DNA of 64,000 bases from a virus: IMG/VR virus record IMGVR_UViG_3300024346_000009; one strand, given 5' to 3'. Of the stretch, positions 46,523 to 54,258 are shown piece after piece. Both the position numbers and the translations under genes were made by a program. Under the pieces are notes generated by a model. That model saw only the letters and a program-made list of their open reading frames with translations. It had not been told where the DNA came from and searched no databases. Every line of letters starts with the position of its first letter. Position 1 is the stretch's first letter.

Positions 46523-47800
46523 ATGAAATTATCTCGCGGGCTTGGAAAAGAAAAAACTAATGTTGGGGTAAAAACCAGCACCACGTTTAACGCGCCTGGA
46601 AATTACGTTGCCCCTTACGGTAAGACGGTTGTAAGGGTTGGTGGTCGTGGGGCGTCAGGGGCAAATCCTACGTACGCAAGTACCAATCCAGTTGTACCTG
46701 GTAATACTAATACATATTCGTATGGAGGTGGTACTCCCTTAGGTAGTAATCCAGTTGTACCTGGTAATACTAATACATATTCGTATGGAGGTGGTACTCC
46801 CTTAGGTAGTAATCCAGTTGTATATGGTAATGAAAATACTTATGGATATAGTGGTGGTACTCCCTTAGGTAGTAATCCAATTGTACCTGGTACTCAAAAT
46901 ACTTATGGATATGGGGGTGGTACTCCCTTAGGTAGTAATCCAATTGTATATGGTAATGAAAATACTTATGCAGTAGGTGGCGGCAATTACTCAACAATGA
47001 ACGTTGGTTCTTATACTCCTAGTTATGATAATTATAATCCAGTTGTACCAGGTACAGTAGTTGGTACACGGTACATATGGTTTGGGTATAATCCACGTAA
47101 CGGACCACCGGCCGCGTTCGAAGATAATTATATATCCTATGACGAGTTTCCAGGAATATCCTCCTCAGGCTATCCCCCAACAAACTCTACTGGCGCAAAC
47201 GGTACTACACATACAGAATATGATCAGTACTTTAATCCCAGCTCAGGCGGTAATTACGCAACTACTAATGCCGACGTATATACCCCCGGCAACTATGTTT
47301 ATAATCCTATAACTGGTGGTAACCCTACGGGTGTTTATAATCCAAATTCCGGTGGTAATGCTACTTTTAATCCTATAACCGGTGGGAATCCAACAGGTAA
47401 TTATAATCCAAATTCCGGTGGCAATCCTACTTATAATCCTATAACAGGTGGTAACCCTACGGGTGTTTATAATCCAAATTCCGGTGGCAATCCTACTTAT
47501 AATCCTATAACTGGTGGTAATTACGCAAATACTAATCCAAATTCCGGTGGCAATCCTACTTATAATCCTATAACCGGTGGTAATTACGCAAGTACTAATC
47601 CAGCTACCGGTGGTAATGATAATTACACCGTTGGTGCTGCTGGCGGTAGCAGCAATATACAAGGGGTAACATTTCCAGGAGGCGCCAGTGCTGCTCTTGC
47701 ACCGGTGGTTGCCCAAACTACAACCAACGTCTCGTATACTGAGGCGGGGATATCCATTACGGTACCAACTGGTGGCTATGTGACAATAGATAATATATAA
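46523..47800 (+). CDS. Asn-Pro/Gly repeat fibre/adhesin-like protein
   Basis: 425 aa; two arrays of five 21-22-aa repeats flank a unique centre. Confidence 0.8.
   Translation: MKLSRGLGKEKTNVGVKTSTTFNAPGNYVAPYGKTVVRVGGRGASGANPTYASTNPVVPGNTNTYSYGGGTPLGSNPVVPGNTNTYSYGGGTPLGSNPVVYGNENTYGYSGGTPLGSNPIVPGTQNTYGYGGGTPLGSNPIVYGNENTYAVGGGNYSTMNVGSYTPSYDNYNPVVPGTVVGTRYIWFGYNPRNGPPAAFEDNYISYDEFPGISSSGYPPTNSTGANGTTHTEYDQYFNPSSGGNYATTNADVYTPGNYVYNPITGGNPTGVYNPNSGGNATFNPITGGNPTGNYNPNSGGNPTYNPITGGNPTGVYNPNSGGNPTYNPITGGNYANTNPNSGGNPTYNPITGGNYASTNPATGGNDNYTVGAAGGSSNIQGVTFPGGASAALAPVVAQTTTNVSYTEAGISITVPTGGYVTIDNI
46685..46990 (+). repeat. Five tandem 63-bp coding repeats (NPVVPGNTNTYSYGGGTPLGS)
   Basis: Units start at 46685, 46748, 46811, 46874 and 46937; the first two are identical. 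Confidence 0.92.
47303..47625 (+). repeat. Five tandem 63-66-bp coding repeats (NPITGGNPTGVYNPNSGGNPTY)
   Basis: Units start at 47303, 47369, 47435, 47501 and 47564. Confidence 0.9.
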
Positions 47801-47907
47801 TCAACTAACGTTAGTATAGGCTAACAGTTAACCATTTTTAAAGTGAATCTTGTCATATGTATTATGATGGGTTCCTGTGATGTAATTTATAACTAAAGGT
47901 GATAATT

Positions 47908-48522
47908 ATGAGAAATATTGACCTGTATGTCCCACCGTACGAGCCATTTTGTATTTTTAACGAATGCTTTGCCCCAGAAGACTGTGATAGAATTATTGAG
48001 CACGGTGAGCTTGCAGAATTTAGTCGAGGTGCTATTGGAGGCTCACGCGAGAGCCCAGAGGGTGAAACTAATGACGAGGTTCGTATTACTGACATAGTAT
48101 GGTTACAGCCAGATGAGGATAAGAAGTGGATTTTTGAGCGGATGAATGAGGTTGCAACCAGAGTTAATTACGACAAATTTCAAGTAAAGCTGGCAAGATT
48201 TGATGGGTTTCAATATTCAAAGTATGACGTAGACGGACATTACGATTGGCATACAGATATACTTAATCAGCAAAAATGGGGTGGTCCGGCAGGCTGGCTT
48301 CAGCGTAAGTTAACCTTCAGTGTATTCCTAAATGATCCTGCGGACTATAAGGGTGGTGAGCTTTTACTTAACTTAGGTAGTCAAACAAAACCACTCTCTT
48401 TTAAACCAAAAAAAGGTGATGTAGTTGTCTTTCACTCCTATATTCCTCATAAAGTAAAACCTGTTACCGCCGGGGTTAGAAATAATCTTGTGACGTGGGG
48501 TATGGGGAGTAAGTGGGTATGA
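47908..48522 (+). CDS. 2OG-Fe(II) oxygenase (prolyl-4-hydroxylase-like)
   Basis: YDWHTD (HxD), RKLTFSVFL, YKGGEL, HKVKPVTAGVR..LVTW (distal His and 2OG-binding Arg). Confidence 0.9.
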   Translation: MRNIDLYVPPYEPFCIFNECFAPEDCDRIIEHGELAEFSRGAIGGSRESPEGETNDEVRITDIVWLQPDEDKKWIFERMNEVATRVNYDKFQVKLARFDGFQYSKYDVDGHYDWHTDILNQQKWGGPAGWLQRKLTFSVFLNDPADYKGGELLLNLGSQTKPLSFKPKKGDVVVFHSYIPHKVKPVTAGVRNNLVTWGMGSKWV

Positions 48523-49250
48523 ACTTAAGGCTTTTCTTTAAATCAGAACTTATAGAATTCTACTGTGAACCTAAATACTTCGGTGTTATTCCCGAACCAG
48601 TTCCTGCATACAAGATGATGCCCGATTGGTTTAAAAAGATTCCACCAACAATAGATACACATAGAGATACTTTTGGTGCTAAGGTAATGACAGCCAAAAA
48701 ATGTTTGCCTCTTGTAGACGCAATGTCTGTTGGTTTTATTATTCCAACTTTTGGTGATGTAAGTATAAGAACAAACAAGACAGGTGCATTAATTGATGCC
48801 CCTGTAAATTCCTCTACACGAGATCCTGTGGCACAATTCCATGATATAGCCCAGCTTGGAGGAAAGACATCTCCAACATATCCAGGCCCGGCAGTTAAAT
48901 TTATTAATAAATGGGTTATAAAGACAGCACCAGGTTACTCTACCTTATTCATTCCCCCCTTAAATCATATCGAACCAAGATTTACCTGTTTGTCTGGGCT
49001 GGTAGATACCGATAGGTATCCCAAGGAAGTTAACTTTCCTGCTATTTGGCATTTAAAAGATTATGATGATGTAGTACTAGCTGGTACCCCACTGGTAACT
49101 TGTATCCCAATTAAGAGGGCGGATGCAGAGCGTAAGGCCTCAGTCCGGGTAATGAGTGAAAAAGAAGCATCAGAGATAGAGAAAATACATAAAAGTCAAA
49201 TGAACCGTCGTAGTTACTATAGTAAAGAATTAAGGGAACCAAGATCGTGA
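48519..49250 (+). CDS. Conserved phage protein (DUF6065-like), paralogue 1
   Basis: PDWFKK, TAKKCLP..DAM..GFII, KF.NKW.IKTAPGYSTLF, SGLVDTD, GTPL. Confidence 0.65.
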   Translation: MNLRLFFKSELIEFYCEPKYFGVIPEPVPAYKMMPDWFKKIPPTIDTHRDTFGAKVMTAKKCLPLVDAMSVGFIIPTFGDVSIRTNKTGALIDAPVNSSTRDPVAQFHDIAQLGGKTSPTYPGPAVKFINKWVIKTAPGYSTLFIPPLNHIEPRFTCLSGLVDTDRYPKEVNFPAIWHLKDYDDVVLAGTPLVTCIPIKRADAERKASVRVMSEKEASEIEKIHKSQMNRRSYYSKELREPRS

Positions 49251-49999
49251 GTATATTTACTAACCTTTATAATAAGTTATTTAAAGAAGAAGTTCCAACG
49301 TTTAAATTTAAATCCCACATAGGGGATTACTCTATTGCGACCCCAGTAGTAGCAGCTGCAAAAATAAAAGCAGATTGGATGAATAGACAGCCGGCTAATA
49401 AAAAGTTTACTGCGTGTCCAGGGATGCAGGACTACTCAAGTGCTGGTTATATTATTACTGCCCATTGCGATTATGAAATAAAGGCTAATGGAAGCGGGGT
49501 TGTGGTTAAGGTTGGTCATGGTGTCGGACCCAAGGATACTGCAGAACGGTTTCAAGCTCAAAACTTTGAACATGCACTGGTGGAGGGTTGGGCAAAAATA
49601 GAAAAAGTAAAGAAAGCATCATTAAAAATACCCCAGCCATGGTTCATAGAAGCAAAGCCTGGATATTCAGCATACGTTCTACCGGCGTTAATGCATTCCG
49701 ATTTTTTAGATAAGATTTTTATATACCCTGGAGTAGTTGACTTTGATAAATATCATACAATCAACCTTGTATTTTCAGTAATTAAAGAATGTGAGTTTGT
49801 TATACCAGTTGGTACCCCAATCTTACATATATTACCTTTTAAGCGCGAGGAAATGACAGCAGTTTGTGGAAAAGCAACAGCACATGAGGCAGACAAAGCG
49901 GTTCATAATTTTGCCTCTAGGCTTAATCATTATTACACGAGATACTTACATAGCAAGAAGTCATATAAGATGACATGTCCATACGAACATAGAGAGTAA
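49247..49999 (+). CDS. Conserved phage protein (DUF6065-like), paralogue 2
   Basis: CPGMQDY...GYII, PWFIEAKPGYS, PGVVDFD, GTPILHILPFKRE. Confidence 0.65.
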   Translation: MSIFTNLYNKLFKEEVPTFKFKSHIGDYSIATPVVAAAKIKADWMNRQPANKKFTACPGMQDYSSAGYIITAHCDYEIKANGSGVVVKVGHGVGPKDTAERFQAQNFEHALVEGWAKIEKVKKASLKIPQPWFIEAKPGYSAYVLPALMHSDFLDKIFIYPGVVDFDKYHTINLVFSVIKECEFVIPVGTPILHILPFKREEMTAVCGKATAHEADKAVHNFASRLNHYYTRYLHSKKSYKMTCPYEHRE

Positions 50000-50002
50000 A
50001 AA

Positions 50003-50452
50003 ATGGCAAATACTAAATGGTATTATTTGTGCAACCTACAAGACAAGGTTGCCCTTGAGTACACCCTAATTCCTGCAGTATGGGGTAACATCACTGGACT
50101 CTCAGATGCGTCTGATGTGACACTGGCCGATCTTGCATGGAGTAATAATCCGGACCGAGGATTTCTTACTCCTGAAGCTACTTCAAGTGCAGGTATCACC
50201 GTTAGCGGTTCAGTAACAGCCTTAGCCACAGAGGTAGCAAAAGAGTTAATTCGTAAGAGAAGAAATACACTTCTAGCTAAAACCGATGCTGATGTTACCA
50301 TTGATAGATGGAACAGTTATTCAGATGAAAAGAAGACAACAATAGCTACCTACAGACAAGCATTGAGAGACATGACGTCAACACCGGATGTATTTTATCC
50401 GGTATATCCTGCAATTCCCGCAGAGCTGGCATACTTAGTTAGTGTTACTTAA
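50003..50452 (+). CDS. Tail fibre assembly chaperone-like protein
   Basis: IRKRRNTLLAKTD...YRQALRDM...P motif. Confidence 0.75.
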   Translation: MANTKWYYLCNLQDKVALEYTLIPAVWGNITGLSDASDVTLADLAWSNNPDRGFLTPEATSSAGITVSGSVTALATEVAKELIRKRRNTLLAKTDADVTIDRWNSYSDEKKTTIATYRQALRDMTSTPDVFYPVYPAIPAELAYLVSVT

Positions 50453-50475
50453 CCCGTAGACTCAATAACTTACTG

Positions 50476-50483
50476 TATAAATA
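50476..50483 (+). promoter_or_regulatory. T4-type late promoter
   Basis: Intergenic TATAAATA. Confidence 0.75.
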
Positions 50484-50530
50484 ATACATAGCTTAAGCCG
50501 AGTTATACTTCAACAACAAAGGAAACGAAG

Positions 50531-50962
50531 ATGGCAATTAAAGTAGGCGGAACAACCGTCGTAGACGATTCAAGAAACCTGGTATCCGCCACAATGGGTA
50601 CTGGTACCACAGTTGATGGCACTGATGCTGTTGGCTTTAGAAACCTTCCTGTAAACAGTCAAAGTGCAGCATACACAACGGTGCTAGCAGACTCAGGAAA
50701 AATTATCTTCCACCCCGCTTCAGATGCTAACGCAAGAACATTCACTATTCCTGCAAATGGTACGGTAGCATACCCCATTGGTACTGCTATTGCCTTTATT
50801 AACATGACATCCCAAGTAGTTACAATTGCAATTACAACCGATACAATGTACCTAAGTTCTGCTGGTACCACCGGTTCACGCAGTCTTGCACAATACGGCT
50901 CTGCTACAGCAATTAAAATGACAGCAACAACTTGGTTAATTTCAGGTAGCGGGCTGACGTAA
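50531..50962 (+). CDS. Fibre/adhesin connector protein
   Basis: MAIKVGGTTVVDDSR; YTTVLADSGK..TIPAN..AYPIGT...WLISGSGLT. Confidence 0.65.
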   Translation: MAIKVGGTTVVDDSRNLVSATMGTGTTVDGTDAVGFRNLPVNSQSAAYTTVLADSGKIIFHPASDANARTFTIPANGTVAYPIGTAIAFINMTSQVVTIAITTDTMYLSSAGTTGSRSLAQYGSATAIKMTATTWLISGSGLT

Positions 50963-50963
50963 T

Positions 50964-51881
50964 ATGAGTGGTTCCATTCTAGCAGCGGTAAGCAATCACA
51001 GAAGTTTTACTCTACCCTCTGTTGCGCCTTCTGCTGTAAATTACCTTGTAGTGGCTGGAGGAGGCGGTGGTGGCGCACATGATGGCGGAGGTGCCGGCGC
51101 TGGCGGATTTAGGTCTGGAAATTCTTTTGCTATTAGCGGCTCTTTTAATGTGACTATTGGTGCTGGCGGAACAGGATCACCCTCAGGTGGTGCAACGGCT
51201 GGAACAAATGGTTCTAACTCTGTAATGAGTACTATAACTTCTGCTGGCGGTGGATATGGCGGTTGTGGTTATTCTGGTGGAAATCACATCCCGGCTAATT
51301 CAGGTGGTTCAGGCGGAGGTGGTACATCTTTAATTGGTGGCACTTCTTATGGCGGTGCTGGAAATACACCTGCAACATCACCAAGCCAAGGAAATAATGG
51401 TGCTGATTGCACCACAGCGGCAGATTATCCCGCTTCAGGCGGAGGCGGCGCAGGCGCAGTTGGCAACCCAAATGTTGGGGGTGCAGTTGCTGGTGCTGGT
51501 GGTGCTGGAGCGGCTAACCCAATTACAGGTTCAACAACTGGCCAGTTAAGTGGCGGAATTTACTATTTAGCTGGTGGCGGTGGTGGCGATAAGCCTCCAA
51601 CTTGCACAGGTGGTGCCGGTGGACTTGGCGGTGGCGGTGCTGGTGCAACTACTTTTTCTGAACCAGGCGTAGCTGGAACTACTAATACAGGTGGTGGCGG
51701 GGGAGGCTCTCAAAACTTAGCAGTCGCTGGCGCTGGCGGCTCTGGTGTTGTGATTATTTCCTATTCATCAACATTTTCTGACTTTACATCTATTGGTGCA
51801 GGATTAACTTATGCAAAAACTACTGCGAGTGGAAATACAATCTATACATTTACTGCCGGTACCGGTAGTATTTCTTTGTAA
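50964..51881 (+). CDS. Glycine-rich adhesin-like protein A
   Basis: YLVVAGGGGGG, many GGxGG segments, GGSGVVIISY. Confidence 0.75.
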   Translation: MSGSILAAVSNHRSFTLPSVAPSAVNYLVVAGGGGGGAHDGGGAGAGGFRSGNSFAISGSFNVTIGAGGTGSPSGGATAGTNGSNSVMSTITSAGGGYGGCGYSGGNHIPANSGGSGGGGTSLIGGTSYGGAGNTPATSPSQGNNGADCTTAADYPASGGGGAGAVGNPNVGGAVAGAGGAGAANPITGSTTGQLSGGIYYLAGGGGGDKPPTCTGGAGGLGGGGAGATTFSEPGVAGTTNTGGGGGGSQNLAVAGAGGSGVVIISYSSTFSDFTSIGAGLTYAKTTASGNTIYTFTAGTGSISL

Positions 51882-51890
51882 GGGATTAAT

Positions 51891-52718
51891 ATGAGTGGAT
51901 CAATTTTAGCAGCGGTAAGCAATCACAGAAGCTTTGCTTTGCCTTTTAATGTTGACTACCTTGTAGTCGCCGGAGGCGGTGGTGGTTCAGGAGGCGGGGG
52001 CGGGGCAGGTGGTATGTTAACCGGTACTACAGTACTAGCCGGTTCTTACACTGTCACGGTAGGTGCTGGTGGAAATCTAGGCGGGCAAACCAGCGCAAGT
52101 GCTAGCCCTGGAACAAACTCTTTAATAACCGGGTTTACTGCAATAGGTGGGGGATATGGTGGGGGTGCATACGCTGTAACTAACGGTGGTAACGGTGGTT
52201 CAGGTGGTGGTGGGTCTATTGGATCACAATCAGCTGCAGCGGTTGCAACTGGTGGGACGGCTACGGCTGGCCAAGGTAATGCTGGTGGTGTAGCAACTAA
52301 TACTGGTGTTTACCAAGGTTGGATTGCAGCAGGCGGTGGTGGTGCTGGTGCAGTAGGGGCCAGTGCAACAAATCGTGATACAGGGAACGACGCTCCTTAT
52401 GGAGCCTTAGGTGGTGCAGGGGCTGCATCGAGTATTACAGGTTCTGCTGTGACATATGCAGCTGGTGGTCAAGCTTATTATTCAAGTACAGTTAGCGCAG
52501 ATGGCACCGCAAACAGAGGAAATGGTGGTGGGGGTGCTAGGGGTCAAAACGCTGGAAGTAACGGATGGAATGGTGGATCTGGTATTGTTGTTCTTTCTTA
52601 TCCGTCATCATTTGCCGACCTTACATCAATTGGTGCTGGTTTAACTTACACCAAAACCACATCGGGCGGTAATACAATTTACACATTTACTGCTGGCACT
52701 GGCACAGTAGCTGTTTAA
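51891..52718 (+). CDS. Glycine-rich adhesin-like protein B (paralogue of A)
   Basis: Identical N-terminus MSGSILAAVSNHRSF and a near-identical C-terminus. Confidence 0.75.
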   Translation: MSGSILAAVSNHRSFALPFNVDYLVVAGGGGGSGGGGGAGGMLTGTTVLAGSYTVTVGAGGNLGGQTSASASPGTNSLITGFTAIGGGYGGGAYAVTNGGNGGSGGGGSIGSQSAAAVATGGTATAGQGNAGGVATNTGVYQGWIAAGGGGAGAVGASATNRDTGNDAPYGALGGAGAASSITGSAVTYAAGGQAYYSSTVSADGTANRGNGGGGARGQNAGSNGWNGGSGIVVLSYPSSFADLTSIGAGLTYTKTTSGGNTIYTFTAGTGTVAV

Positions 52719-52735
52719 TTAATTAAAGGAATATC

Positions 52736-53110
52736 ATGGCACATTACGCATTTTTAGATTCAAATAACATTGTTACTGAAGTTATAGTAGGTAAGGATGA
52801 GGGTGAGGGCGGTATTGATTGGGAGCAGTACTACGGTGATTTCCGCGGTCAAACTTGCAAACGTACAAGTTATAATACCTATGGGGGTGTTCATTTAAAT
52901 GGTGGTACACCATACCGTAAAAACTATGCAGGTATTGGTTTTACCTATGACTCAGAACGTGATGCATTTATTCCTCCTAAACCATTTGCAAGTTGGTCGT
53001 TAAGTAACACAACTGGTTTATGGGAATCACCAGTTCCACACCCCTTAGATGATGACTTCTATGTGTGGGATGAAGCTACGCTCCAATGGAATCAAGTTGT
53101 TACAGCTTAA
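52736..53110 (+). CDS. Conserved adhesin-associated small protein
   Basis: MAHYAFLD...RTSYNT..RKNYAGIG.TYD..RDAFIPPKPFASW. Confidence 0.7.
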   Translation: MAHYAFLDSNNIVTEVIVGKDEGEGGIDWEQYYGDFRGQTCKRTSYNTYGGVHLNGGTPYRKNYAGIGFTYDSERDAFIPPKPFASWSLSNTTGLWESPVPHPLDDDFYVWDEATLQWNQVVTA

Positions 53111-53137
53111 TCATAATTAATATAATTTCTATATAAT

Positions 53138-53512
53138 ATGAAGACTTTTGAATTAGGTTATTTTGGAAACATTTGGGTCAAGCAAAACGTTTTTGACCAT
53201 GCTGGTGAAGTTCATGAGGGGCATTTTCATAAATTTGACCACGTGACCCTGCTAGTATCTGGTAAGGTTAGTGTTCAAATTAAAGATAATCCTATTAAAG
53301 AATTTACAGCTCCAACGTTTATTGTGATTCGTAAAGAACACCAACACCAGTTTACTGCACTTGAAGAAAACACCATATATTACTGTGTTTATGCGCTGCG
53401 GGATATAGATGGTAATGTAATGGAGATATTTGGTGATGAACATGATCCTGAGTTTGCAAGTACCAGACGTAAGGATTACTGGGTCCACGGGCTCAGAGCA
53501 CCTCAGGGTTAA
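53138..53512 (+). CDS. Cupin-fold protein
   Basis: GHFHKFDHVTLL..G....APTFI.I....H.F; His-rich cupin motifs. Confidence 0.72.
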   Translation: MKTFELGYFGNIWVKQNVFDHAGEVHEGHFHKFDHVTLLVSGKVSVQIKDNPIKEFTAPTFIVIRKEHQHQFTALEENTIYYCVYALRDIDGNVMEIFGDEHDPEFASTRRKDYWVHGLRAPQG

Positions 53513-53552
53513 TTTAAAGAATAAAAATTTTAATTCTTTTTTAATAAATTAC

Positions 53553-53574
53553 AAAGGACCTACAGGGTCCTTTT
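53553..53574 (+). terminator. Intrinsic terminator
   Basis: AAAGGACC-TACAG-GGTCCTTTT. Confidence 0.75.
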
Positions 53575-53576
53575 CC

Positions 53577-53584
53577 TATAAATA
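53577..53584 (+). promoter_or_regulatory. T4-type late promoter
   Basis: TATAAATA immediately after the terminator. Confidence 0.75.
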
Positions 53585-53606
53585 ATACCGTAAATAAGGG
53601 TGTTAC

Positions 53607-53942
53607 ATGGCCGGTATATCAAATCTAACAATAGATCAAGGTGCAACGTATTCAGTTAATATAACTGTAAACGATGATACCGGGACGGCGAGAAACTTAG
53701 CCGGATATACTGCTCGTTCCCAAATGAGAAGATCGTATTACACATCAGCCAACACTGCTTTGACTGTGACCATTACAAGCCCCTCTACCGGTGAAATATC
53801 TCTTACCCTAACTGCCGCTCAAACTGCAAACGTTAGGGCAGGTCGTTATGTTTATGATTTAGAACTTGTTAATGCAAATGCTGCAACAGTGGAGAGGGTA
53901 GTGGAGGGTATTATAACCGTATATCCTGAAGTAACAAAATAA
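53607..53942 (+). CDS. Ig-like/BppU-like virion protein
   Basis: NLTIDQGATY, GRYVYDLEL, RVVEG.ITVYPEVT. Confidence 0.7.
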   Translation: MAGISNLTIDQGATYSVNITVNDDTGTARNLAGYTARSQMRRSYYTSANTALTVTITSPSTGEISLTLTAAQTANVRAGRYVYDLELVNANAATVERVVEGIITVYPEVTK

Positions 53943-54241
53943 TGGCTGTTTCAGTACAATCATCTACCAGTACATCGGTTACAATTCAACCCACAGCGGG
54001 TAGTGTACCAATTACAGTTACATCACCTAATAATTCATCTATTGCAATTAATCAGGGTGGGGCATCTCCTGCAGGTGTAATAGTTAGAAAATCAACAGGT
54101 GGTACTTTGAATTCACTTGGTGACGTAGTCACCGCTGCCATTGAAGATGGTTATATTATAGTATATGACTCTGAGACTAATAAATGGGTATCGCAATCTG
54201 TAGCATCAGCTATAACGTCAGTAGACGGCGGATACTACTAG
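53942..54241 (+). CDS. Small fibre-associated protein
   Basis: LNSLGDV...DGYIIVYD..TNKW...DGGYY. Confidence 0.65.
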   Translation: MAVSVQSSTSTSVTIQPTAGSVPITVTSPNNSSIAINQGGASPAGVIVRKSTGGTLNSLGDVVTAAIEDGYIIVYDSETNKWVSQSVASAITSVDGGYY

Positions 54242-54258
54242 AATAATAAAGGAATAAA

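Noticed and set aside
46685-47625. Regularly spaced repeats resembling a CRISPR array
   Set aside because: Units are in-frame multiples of 3 within an ORF, have no unique spacers, and no cas genes are present.
50964-52718. Diversity-generating retroelement template/variable repeats
   Set aside because: Differences are not adenine-specific and no reverse transcriptase is present in the window.
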